45,382 nucleotides of DNA, taken from IMG/VR virus record IMGVR_UViG_3300029515_000010, positions 1-45,382 of that record; one strand, given 5' to 3'. The notes beneath the pieces were generated by a model. The model was given only the letters and a program-made list of their open reading frames with translations. It was not told the DNA's origin and made no database searches. A program made the position numbers and the translations under genes. Below, in pieces: positions 1-7,264 of the stretch (position 1 is its first letter; each line of letters starts with the position of its first letter). This DNA comes from a virus.

Positions 1-498
1 GAAGAGATCAGCCACATGGACCGCATTTTCGCTGGTGTAGATTATGGATGGTACCCGGATGCCTTCTGCTATCTCCGAACTTATTATGATTCTGCCAGAG
101 AGAAGATATATCTGATTGACGAGCTGTATGTAAATAAATGGAGCAACTCTAAGACTGCTGATTGGATCAAGAAAAAAGGCTATGACGATTACACAATGAT
201 ATGTGATTCTGCGGAACCTAAGTCTGTGAATGACTTCCGGGATGCCGGACTTCCTGCAAGAGGAGCAATCAAAGGACCGGGAAGTATCGAGTATGGTTTC
301 AAATTCTTACAGACAAAGACTATAGTCATTGACCCGAAGCGAACACCGAACGCATATAAAGAAATCACAGAATATGAGTACGATCGGGACAAAGAGGGAA
401 ATGTAATCAGTGGTTATCCTGACGGAGATGATCATGCAATCTCGGCACTTAGATATGCTTATGAGCCGTTGTTTAACAGGAGAGGTTACAGTGCATAA
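1..498 (+). CDS. terL: Terminase large subunit, C-terminal part. It is the same ORF as 44216..45382 and is split only because the circular genome was opened inside it.
   Basis: The frame is open from base 1. Bases 1-99 repeat 45284-45382 in the same codon phase. A nuclease-domain-like DGDDHAISALRYA lies near the end. The stop overlaps the portal ATG (TAATG). Confidence 0.85.
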   Translation, partial: EEISHMDRIFAGVDYGWYPDAFCYLRTYYDSAREKIYLIDELYVNKWSNSKTADWIKKKGYDDYTMICDSAEPKSVNDFRDAGLPARGAIKGPGSIEYGFKFLQTKTIVIDPKRTPNAYKEITEYEYDRDKEGNVISGYPDGDDHAISALRYAYEPLFNRRGYSA

Positions 499-1943
499 TG
501 GGACTTATAACAACACTAAAAAGGTGGTTTAATATGATATTCAAAAAACAAGCCGAAGAGGACTTCAACATTCAGGCAGCAGAATTTCCAGAGATGGAAT
601 CGCTGATTAACCGGTGCGCGAACATTTACAGAGGTGCGCCGGAATGGCTGGATGATAAGAATAATATCAAGACGATCAATTTTGCTAAATCTGTCTGCTC
701 AGAAACAGCTCGGCTCGCAACGCTGGCGATCGGCATTCAGATAGACGGTTCTGCAAGGGCTACGTGGCTACAGGAACAGATCGACAAGGTATATTTTCAA
801 ATCCGTCACTGGGTAGAATATGGCTGTGCTTATGGAACAGTATTTATTAAGCCAAATGGTGAAAGCATTGACGTATTTACTCCGGCAGATGTGATGATCG
901 TGGACTATGATAATCAGGAAATTAAGGGAATCATATTCAAGGATTCTTATACTGTTGGACGGAAATACTATACACGGCTTGAATATCATAGATTTGTTGA
1001 GACTACCGTGGATGGCGTGACGACCTATCCGTACTACGTTTCTAATAGAGCCTATGTGTCAAAATCCCCTCAGTCAATCGGCGATAAGATTGACCTTAAA
1101 CAGACCAAATGGGCTGACCTAATGGCAGATACGCCGCCAATCCTCAAGGCGAACGGTGAGAAGTTGGACGGGCCTCTGTACGGAGTTCTACGGACGCCAC
1201 AGGCGAATAACGTGGATATTAATGCACCATTGGGTTTGCCAATATTTGCCGAAGCTATCGAGGAGTTAAAAGACCTCGACATTGCATACAGCCGTAATGC
1301 CGGAGAAATATTTAATTCTCAGAAGATTGTTCTGGCAGATGATAGACTGCTGATGCCAAGCGGTACGCCTGTATCAGCCATGTCACCACAGGGTATGGAA
1401 AACAGACGGAATGAGATGAACTTGCCGCACTTTGTAAAGAATGTATTCGGACAGGACGAAAAAGAGTTCTATCAAGAAATCAATCCACAACTCAACACAG
1501 ATACACGTATAAGCGGCATAAATGCCCTTTTAAGCCAGTTAGGGTACAAGATTGGATTTTCCAACGGGTACTTTGTTTTCAACGAATCTAGCGGCATTCA
1601 GACGGCTACGGGAGTGGAAGCAGAACAACAGAGGACAGTGCAGTTTATCAAGGATGTTCGAGACAAGCTGGAATCCTGTCTGGACGAAGTTATTTATGCA
1701 TTGAACGTTTATGCTGACCTGTACGGACTTGCACCTGTTGGAGTTTATGAAGTAAATTACGACTTTGGCGATATTCTGTATGTGCGTGAAAATGACCGTG
1801 CAAGATGGTGGCAGTATGTTACTACGAATAAAGTACCGGCTTGGATGTATTTCGTGAAATTCGAGGGAATGACAGAGGAAGAAGCTAAAGCAATGGTTGA
1901 AGAAGCACAGCCAAAAGAACCGACATTATTCGGAGAGGAGTAA
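498..1943 (+). CDS. Portal protein (SPP1 gp6-like)
   Basis: 481 aa, immediately downstream of terL. Size, position and sequence character are typical of siphovirus portals. Recognised by eye, no search. Confidence 0.8.
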   Translation: MGLITTLKRWFNMIFKKQAEEDFNIQAAEFPEMESLINRCANIYRGAPEWLDDKNNIKTINFAKSVCSETARLATLAIGIQIDGSARATWLQEQIDKVYFQIRHWVEYGCAYGTVFIKPNGESIDVFTPADVMIVDYDNQEIKGIIFKDSYTVGRKYYTRLEYHRFVETTVDGVTTYPYYVSNRAYVSKSPQSIGDKIDLKQTKWADLMADTPPILKANGEKLDGPLYGVLRTPQANNVDINAPLGLPIFAEAIEELKDLDIAYSRNAGEIFNSQKIVLADDRLLMPSGTPVSAMSPQGMENRRNEMNLPHFVKNVFGQDEKEFYQEINPQLNTDTRISGINALLSQLGYKIGFSNGYFVFNESSGIQTATGVEAEQQRTVQFIKDVRDKLESCLDEVIYALNVYADLYGLAPVGVYEVNYDFGDILYVRENDRARWWQYVTTNKVPAWMYFVKFEGMTEEEAKAMVEEAQPKEPTLFGEE

Positions 1944-2074
1944 AAAAGATGGCAGAATACATTAGTGGGTTTCTTGAATCTATACAGAGCATCAACTAAT
2001 TAACTAAAGAGGGCTATAATTAACTAAGTGTCTTATGAGCATTATTTATCTATAGCATTTTAGGGAATTAAGAT

Positions 2075-2110
2075 AAAAAAAGTGGAGCACATCATTTTTT
2101 GCTGTGCTCC
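2075..2110 (-). terminator. Rho-independent terminator of the reverse-strand Zn-ribbon gene
   Basis: GGAGCACA (2084-2091) pairs with TGTGCTCC (2103-2110). The A-run at 2075-2081 is a U-run on the minus strand after the hairpin. Confidence 0.6.
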
Positions 2111-2126
2111 CTGTAACAGAATTAAG

Positions 2127-2399
2127 TTATTTATTCTTCTTCCAAAAATCAGCTGCAGACGGAGGCACATAAGTATCGTTCTCAGATATTACAACTTCCG
2201 TCCGAATTTTTGAATTATGGGGCAAAACAGGATCGCCACCGTCATTAATCTCATCTGCTATTTTAAGCATTTTTATAGCTTTTTCTGAGAATGGATATTC
2301 AACACCGCAGTTCGGGCAGATAATTCTGTCTACAGCAATTTTTTCGCTGATGTAATAGCAGCATCCGCAAGTGCAATGGATTTTTAATTTTAGAAACAT
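2127..2399 (-). CDS. Small zinc-ribbon protein (moron between the portal and minor capsid genes)
   Basis: 90 aa with HCTCGCC ... CPNCG cysteine pairs. GGAGGTG RBS (revcomp of 2408-2414). It has its own promoter and terminator and lies opposite to the late operon. Confidence 0.65.
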   Translation of the reverse strand: MFLKLKIHCTCGCCYYISEKIAVDRIICPNCGVEYPFSEKAIKMLKIADEINDGGDPVLPHNSKIRTEVVISENDTYVPPSAADFWKKNK

Positions 2400-2425
2400 T
2401 TTTGCGACACCTCCTTAATAGGTTG

Positions 2426-2434
2426 ATTATAGCA
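2426..2434 (-). promoter_or_regulatory. Extended -10 promoter (TGCTATAAT) for the Zn-ribbon moron
   Basis: The reverse complement of 2426-2434 reads TGCTATAAT, about 10 nt upstream of the RBS. The -35 is weak (TGGTAC). Confidence 0.45.
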
Positions 2435-2482
2435 TATTTTCAAAACATGTACCACGACTTTTATCGAAAGAGGTGATATATT

Positions 2483-3712
2483 ATACTTAGTCCAGAATAT
2501 TTACGCCGGATAACAGAGGGCAGTGAACAGATTGCGGAAGAGCTGCATCAGTATATCATCTCTGAGATCGTGTCTCGAATGATGACAAGAATCGGCAGAG
2601 GTGAGGATTATATTCTAACCAATGCAGATGCGTGGAGAATCAGAACACTACAGGAATCTGGTGAACTGTTAGAAGACATTCTGGCAGAGCTGTCTAAATA
2701 TACCAAGCGGCAGCAGGAAGAACTAAAAGAGGCGTTTGAAGATGCCGGAATCACTGCCCTCGATTATGATGATAAGATATACAAGGCGGCAGGATTAAGC
2801 CCTGTGCCGCTCGAACAGTCTCCAGTTATGATAAGGCTCATGGAACGGAATATGCTTGCAACCATGGGCGAGTGGAAGAACTTCACGAGAACAACTGCAA
2901 GTGCTGCTCAGGCGTTGTATATCAACCAGTGTGACCTTGTATACAATCATGTGATGACTGGGGCAGTTGGATATACGCAAGCCATCAAAGAGGCGGTTAA
3001 TAACGTTGTGAGTGATGGCGTGACTGTCACATATCCATCTGGCAGAAAAGACACGATCGAAACAGCAGTCGCACGTTCTGTTAGAACTGGCGTGGCTCAG
3101 GCTACTGGAGATATATCCCTCAAACGCATGGAAGAAATGGGCTGGGATTTAGTTCTGGTCAGTGCTCACATGGGAGCCAGAACAGGTGATGGCGGCGAGA
3201 ATCCGGGAAATCACGCATGGTGGCAAGGAAAGATATACTCTCGTTCTGGCAAGAGTAAGAAATTTCCGCCGTTCTCATTAACCGGATATGGAACGGCAAG
3301 TGGACTGTCAGGGGTCAACTGTCGGCATAGTTTTGGGGCAAGTGACGGGGAATTTAACCCCTATGCAGAACTATCAGCACGGGATAAAGCCGACAAGGGA
3401 AAGCAGTACGAAAAGGAACAGCGGCAACGTACTTACGAGCGAAGAATCCGCAAAACAAAGCGCGAAGTCATAGGAATGCAAGCGGCGGTTGATAACTGCA
3501 AGGACGAACAGGCAAAATTCGCATTACAGCAAGACCTTGACCGGAAGTCTTATCTTTTGCAGAAACAAAATGCTGCATATAAGGACTACTGCAAGCAGAA
3601 CGACCTGAGGGAACTGCAAGACCGGCTCATGATCGCTAAGTGGAACCGCCAGAACGCCGCAAAAGCCAGAGGAGCGGCAAAGAGATATAAAACAGCAAAG
3701 GGGATTGACTGA
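2483..3712 (+). CDS. Minor capsid protein (Phage_min_cap2 / SPP1 gp7-like head morphogenesis protein). The start is probably non-canonical ATA.
   Basis: The frame is open from 2477. LSPEYLRRITEGSEQIAEEL matches the family N-terminus M-L-(T/S)-P-x-Y-L as remembered. GAGGTGA sits 7 nt before ATA 2483. The first canonical start is GTG 2570, which would delete about 29 conserved residues. Confidence 0.75.
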   Translation: MLSPEYLRRITEGSEQIAEELHQYIISEIVSRMMTRIGRGEDYILTNADAWRIRTLQESGELLEDILAELSKYTKRQQEELKEAFEDAGITALDYDDKIYKAAGLSPVPLEQSPVMIRLMERNMLATMGEWKNFTRTTASAAQALYINQCDLVYNHVMTGAVGYTQAIKEAVNNVVSDGVTVTYPSGRKDTIETAVARSVRTGVAQATGDISLKRMEEMGWDLVLVSAHMGARTGDGGENPGNHAWWQGKIYSRSGKSKKFPPFSLTGYGTASGLSGVNCRHSFGASDGEFNPYAELSARDKADKGKQYEKEQRQRTYERRIRKTKREVIGMQAAVDNCKDEQAKFALQQDLDRKSYLLQKQNAAYKDYCKQNDLRELQDRLMIAKWNRQNAAKARGAAKRYKTAKGID

Positions 3713-4092
3713 TGGATAGATGGGAGTATTACAACCCGAATCCTGCTGGGAATCGAGTCGGAGATTGTGCTGTCCGGGCAATATGCAAAGCAACCGGTTT
3801 TGATTGGGAAACGGTTTTTGCCGGATTAATGATACAGGCATGTGCCCTGTCAGATATGCCAAGCGCAAATTATGTCTGGGGAGCGTACCTCTATAAACGT
3901 GGGTACAGGCGAAAACTGATTGAGCAATCAGAACGATATATCTATACAGTCAATGATTTTTGCGCAGATCATCAGACAGGCACATACATTCTCTGCATAG
4001 ATGGTCATGTGGTGACAGTACAAGAGGGCAAATATTTCGATACATGGAATAGCGGTAATGAGATCCCGGTATATTACTGGGAAAAGGAGTAG
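3712..4092 (+). CDS. Hypothetical protein, possible papain-fold Cys/His peptidase-like
   Basis: 126 aa. It has GDCAVRAI (Cys) and CIDGHVVTV (His) motifs. Its ATG overlaps the upstream stop (TGATG). Confidence 0.3.
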   Translation: MDRWEYYNPNPAGNRVGDCAVRAICKATGFDWETVFAGLMIQACALSDMPSANYVWGAYLYKRGYRRKLIEQSERYIYTVNDFCADHQTGTYILCIDGHVVTVQEGKYFDTWNSGNEIPVYYWEKE

Positions 4093-4096
4093 CTAA

Positions 4097-4402
4097 ATGA
4101 GCATATCAGAATTTGTACAAGTATTCCTCTCAATCTGCGGAGGGGTGTCCATAGTCGGAGGGGCAGCGGCCGTAATCTTTAAATGGATTACCCCGGCATT
4201 CCGACTTAATAAGCGAGTAGAGACACTGGAAGAACATGATAGACGAGATTATGAAAGTCTTCGGAGAATCGCAGAACGAGATTCATTAATTCTGGAAGTG
4301 TTATCGACTATGCTGGATAGTCAGATCAGTGGAAATAATGTGGAAGAATTAAAAAAAACAAAACAGAAGCTTACAAATTATCTTGCACAGAATCAGCGTT
4401 AA
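4097..4402 (+). CDS. Membrane-anchored coiled-coil protein, function unknown
   Basis: 101 aa. N-terminal hydrophobic helix FLSICGGVSIVGGAAAVIF followed by a charged helical region. GGAG RBS. Confidence 0.5.
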   Translation: MSISEFVQVFLSICGGVSIVGGAAAVIFKWITPAFRLNKRVETLEEHDRRDYESLRRIAERDSLILEVLSTMLDSQISGNNVEELKKTKQKLTNYLAQNQR

Positions 4403-4425
4403 TTGCATTAATAAGGGGTATGCTC

Positions 4426-4626
4426 ATGAAATTATATGTGTTCACAAAGAAAGATATAGACAGATTCTTGATAGAGTGTAATTTCACACCGGACGAAGAA
4501 AGACTGTTCCGGCTGAGATGCAAGGAATATACGCTCGAATACTGTGCTGAGCAGATGAACGTGAGCATATCAACGGCAAAGCGGTTAAGCCGGAGGGTAA
4601 ATAATAAAATAATCAAAGTGTGTTAA
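4426..4626 (+). CDS. Small sigma-70 region-4 / LuxR-type HTH protein
   Basis: 66 aa from the second ATG (AAGGGG RBS 8 nt upstream). The pattern TPDEERLFRLRCKEYTLEYCAEQMNVSISTAKRLSRRV resembles region 4.2 HTH. Confidence 0.5.
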   Translation: MKLYVFTKKDIDRFLIECNFTPDEERLFRLRCKEYTLEYCAEQMNVSISTAKRLSRRVNNKIIKVC

Positions 4627-4637
4627 GACGACAACAA

Positions 4638-4674
4638 AAGCCCCCGGGATTATCTCTCAGGGGCTTATTTTTTT
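4638..4674. terminator. Bidirectional rho-independent terminator
   Basis: AAGCCCC (4638-4644) pairs with GGGGCTT (4660-4666). A T-run at 4668-4674 follows on the plus strand and an A-rich run precedes it. It sits between convergent gene blocks. Confidence 0.75.
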
Positions 4675-4756
4675 GCGTTTACGGAACTAAATTTACATCA
4701 TTCTCAAATATCACTCCCGTTTATGCGCTGTTTATATTTTATATCATTGTTCGTAA

Positions 4757-5032
4757 TTATGCAAGTTCTTCAATGTTTCCGGTACGGCAATTTTCAAAAA
4801 TTCCGTCACTTAACTGGCCATTAAATTCACGTTCACATAATTCGGTGCTATCTCTTGTTATCCTGATAATCGAATAAAGATTTGAGCCGGTCTTGTCGGC
4901 GTTCTCTATCTCGATAATTCTCACGCCGTCCTCTTTGCTGCTCCAATCGTATTTTCTTGACGGTGAGAAGCTTTCTTTTAACCGGTGACCGCCATAATTT
5001 CCGCATACTTTCCATGATCTCGTAACTGCCAT
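4757..5032 (-). CDS. Hypothetical small protein. The family is seen in Firmicutes mobile elements, from memory.
   Basis: 91 aa starting at MAVTRSWKV, with a GGGAGGA RBS. The longer track ORF (to 5077) overlaps the upstream gene and lacks an RBS. Confidence 0.6.
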   Translation of the reverse strand: MAVTRSWKVCGNYGGHRLKESFSPSRKYDWSSKEDGVRIIEIENADKTGSNLYSIIRITRDSTELCEREFNGQLSDGIFENCRTGNIEELA

Positions 5033-5034
5033 TT

Positions 5035-5478
5035 TTATTCCTCCCTTATCTGTTCTTCGTATTTTTTTATGAGCCATTCCGGGACCGGTTCGTCTCCGTC
5101 CTCGCCATTGTATTTGATCGGGTCAATGTTGTTTGTGAAGCACCATTCCCAACTGTTGTATTCGCCGTCGCTGTCTTTTGATACGATGTAAAATATATCA
5201 TATTCGCCGTCTACAAATGCCATTGTATCTGTTGCATTCATTGTGTACAACATGATATACATGTTTCTCCTGTATGCGTACGCCATTTCTAGCGGTGAAT
5301 CTTCACCGCCCAGAAATTCCATGAACATTTCAATGTCGGAAGATTCTTTCGACAATTTGTTATAATAATCGTAGACTTTTTCATCCCATCCGTCTGGGAA
5401 AGTTTTACATTCTTCTATTTTCTCGTTATCTTCTTTAGCCATTTTGTAAATGGTTTCAAGTTTTACTCTCTTAATCAT
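5035..5478 (-). CDS. Highly acidic hypothetical protein (candidate DNA-mimic / anti-restriction type)
   Basis: 147 aa with 35 D/E versus 17 K/R by hand count. GGAGGCG RBS. It ends 2 nt before the next gene. Confidence 0.55.
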   Translation of the reverse strand: MIKRVKLETIYKMAKEDNEKIEECKTFPDGWDEKVYDYYNKLSKESSDIEMFMEFLGGEDSPLEMAYAYRRNMYIMLYTMNATDTMAFVDGEYDIFYIVSKDSDGEYNSWEWCFTNNIDPIKYNGEDGDEPVPEWLIKKYEEQIREE

Positions 5479-5490
5479 TTTACACGCCTC

Positions 5491-5664
5491 CTATTTCACT
5501 TCGCAATCTTCCAAGACAGCTCGCTCTAACAGCTGTCTCACATAATCCGGACATTTGCTTTTTCCGGATTCCCAGTTTTCGAGCGTTCTAATCGGTATGT
5601 TGTACCTCCTTGAAAATTCTGCTCGAGATACTTTTAGTCGTTCACGCATTTCTGCTATGGTCAT
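5491..5664 (-). CDS. XRE-family helix-turn-helix protein (57 aa, below the ORF-track cutoff)
   Basis: Hand translation: MTIAEMRERLKVSRAEFSRRYNIPIRTLENWESGKSKCPDYVRQLLERAVLEDCEVK. AGGAGA RBS. It fills the 5479-5679 gap. Confidence 0.7.
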   Translation of the reverse strand: MTIAEMRERLKVSRAEFSRRYNIPIRTLENWESGKSKCPDYVRQLLERAVLEDCEVK

Positions 5665-5679
5665 AGTTTCTATGTCTCC

Positions 5680-5970
5680 TTAATCTTCTATTTTTACCAG
5701 AAAGGCTCTGTGCAACCTTCCTTCTCTGTCACAAGCCGAAAAACATGGCTTCTCGTTTCCACTCAATACGTCGTTAATGGTGTAATTCACTCCCCACGGA
5801 GTCGTTACCATCAACTCACTCATGTAGTTCTCATATAGTTCCCAACCTTCCGGAGTTTCCACCGTGATTTCATCCCAGCAGGTAGCTGTAGGGTTCGGGT
5901 TTCCATATGTGTATACGTTTCTTTTCTCTGCGGCTAATGCGCCGTAATTACAATAAATTTTAATTTTCAT
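5680..5970 (-). CDS. Hypothetical protein
   Basis: 96 aa (MKIKIYCNYGALAAEKRNVYTYG...), tightly packed in the reverse-strand cassette. Confidence 0.55.
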   Translation of the reverse strand: MKIKIYCNYGALAAEKRNVYTYGNPNPTATCWDEITVETPEGWELYENYMSELMVTTPWGVNYTINDVLSGNEKPCFSACDREGRLHRAFLVKIED

Positions 5971-5986
5971 TTTTTTCTCCTTTATT

Positions 5987-6391
5987 TTATTTATGATAAA
6001 CTTCTTTTTTGATTCTCATTGCCATTGCATCGGCATTAATTTTAACTGAAGCATATAATGATTTGTAATAATCAAAACCACTTTTTTTATTATCTTTTAA
6101 ATGATAAATAATATCACCTGCATAAGAATCATTCATAATTGCATTAATCTTTTCAAATGCATCACTAAATATTACTTTCTGATTCTCTGGCACCATACCT
6201 AAAACAATTGAAAACTCTTTATTCATTTTTCTCATAAGCTCTTTAGCCCATGTTACCTGCTTTTCTGTACCTTTCATTGTGCGTTTTGCCTCCTCCCATG
6301 CTTTTTTAAGACCAGAGGAAATTGTCATTGTAGATTTTTTAACCAGTTCCCATGCTCTTTTCATGATTTTTGATAAGTTGTATTTCTTCAT
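5987..6391 (-). CDS. Hypothetical protein, first gene of the reverse-strand cassette
   Basis: 134 aa from MKKYNLSKIMKRAWELVKK, with GGAGG 8 nt upstream. The track ORF's extra N-terminus (to 6544) runs through the promoter. Confidence 0.6.
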   Translation of the reverse strand: MKKYNLSKIMKRAWELVKKSTMTISSGLKKAWEEAKRTMKGTEKQVTWAKELMRKMNKEFSIVLGMVPENQKVIFSDAFEKINAIMNDSYAGDIIYHLKDNKKSGFDYYKSLYASVKINADAMAMRIKKEVYHK

Positions 6392-6421
6392 TTCTGTTTC
6401 CTCCGTTCCTTTGATGATTAT

Positions 6422-6450
6422 ATAATACCACCAAATTGGTGGTATGTCAA
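6422..6450 (-). promoter_or_regulatory. Near-consensus sigma-70-type promoter of the reverse-strand cassette
   Basis: The minus strand reads TTGACA (6450-6445), a 17-nt spacer, then TATTAT (6427-6422). The transcription start would fall about 20 nt before the RBS. Confidence 0.65.
6425..6445. promoter_or_regulatory. Perfect 10-1-10 palindrome (candidate operator) filling the promoter spacer
   Basis: ATACCACCAA-A-TTGGTGGTAT. Confidence 0.6.
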
Positions 6451-6471
6451 TACTTTTTCGATACTTTTTCG
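6450..6471. repeat. Tandem 11-bp direct repeat ATACTTTTTCG x2 abutting the -35 (UP-element-like on the minus strand)
   Basis: Exact copies at 6450-6460 and 6461-6471. Confidence 0.6.
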
Positions 6472-6527
6472 GTCTGTTTTTTAATTCTTTTTCATGCAAA
6501 AATATAATCAGAAAGGCGGTGTATAAG

Positions 6528-6998
6528 ATGGCACTATATAACAATCCTTATCAATATAGTTTTGGCGTTCCGGGGCAAATGAATCAGTTTCAGCAACAGC
6601 CTGTTCAGATGCCAGCTCAACCAGTGCAACAACCACAGCAGAATAACAATGGCATCCTGTGGGTATCTGGCGAAGTTGGCGCAAAATCCTATCTGGTAGC
6701 ACCCGGAACAAGCGTTTTACTGATGGATAGTGAAAGTGAAAAGTTCTACATAAAATCCACAGACGTTTCCGGTATGCCACAGCCATTACGGACGTTCGAG
6801 TATCACGAAATAGGCACTCAGATGCCGCCTAAACAGCCTGCTCAGAACATGGACAATAAATATGTCACCAGACAGGAATATGACGATTTAAATGGCAAAT
6901 ACGAAGCTATCATAAACCGATTAAATTCTTTTTCTGAACCTGTTAGGGCTAATACCGTGCAGGAATCAGCAGTCAAGGGAGGAAACGCAGATGAGTAA
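6528..6998 (+). CDS. Gln/Pro-rich protein P1, function unknown
   Basis: 156 aa from ATG 6528. The N-terminus is QFQQQPVQMPAQPVQQPQQNNN. A beta-rich core follows: GILWVSGEVGAKSYLVAPGTSVLLMDSESEKFYIKSTDVSGMP. Confidence 0.6.
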   Translation: MALYNNPYQYSFGVPGQMNQFQQQPVQMPAQPVQQPQQNNNGILWVSGEVGAKSYLVAPGTSVLLMDSESEKFYIKSTDVSGMPQPLRTFEYHEIGTQMPPKQPAQNMDNKYVTRQEYDDLNGKYEAIINRLNSFSEPVRANTVQESAVKGGNADE

Positions 6999-7212
6999 TC
7001 CATTATTTAACGCACTTGGCGGTGGGATGCCACAGGGAAATGGACCAATGCAGATGATACAACAGTTTATGCAGTTTAAACAGAATTTTAAGGGAGATCC
7101 GAAAGCAGAAGTCGAGAAAATGTTGCAGTCTGGAAAGATTTCTCAACAGCAGCTCAATCAAGTTCAACAGATGGCAGGACAATTCCAACACATGTTGAAA
7201 GGAATGAAATAG
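6991..7212 (+). CDS. Small Gln/Met-rich protein P2, function unknown
   Basis: 73 aa. GGGAGGA RBS lies inside the end of P1, and the genes overlap by 8 nt. Confidence 0.6.
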   Translation: MSNPLFNALGGGMPQGNGPMQMIQQFMQFKQNFKGDPKAEVEKMLQSGKISQQQLNQVQQMAGQFQHMLKGMK

Positions 7213-7264
7213 TACATTACAATCTGGCCAGATTGATGTAAATACACAAAAAGGAGATTATATT

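Noticed and set aside
1949-1999. A 16-codon ORF (MAEYISGFLESIQSIN) after the portal gene, considered as a displaced N-terminus of a split or intron-containing minor capsid gene.
   Set aside because: The minor capsid reading frame already recovers the family's normal N-terminus (LSPEYL...) at 2483, so no exon is missing. No intron-like structure was evident.
6392-6544. N-terminal extension of the track ORF 5987..6544, and the 6444 start of ORF 6444..6998.
   Set aside because: Both extensions run through the divergent promoter and operator region and lack an RBS. Internal ATGs at 6391 (minus) and 6528 (plus) have proper Shine-Dalgarno sequences.
7231-7244. A 14-bp perfect palindrome AATCTGGCCAGATT between P2 and P3.
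   Set aside because: It is a single short palindrome with no T-run and no second copy, so it cannot be distinguished from chance or from a minor RNA hairpin.
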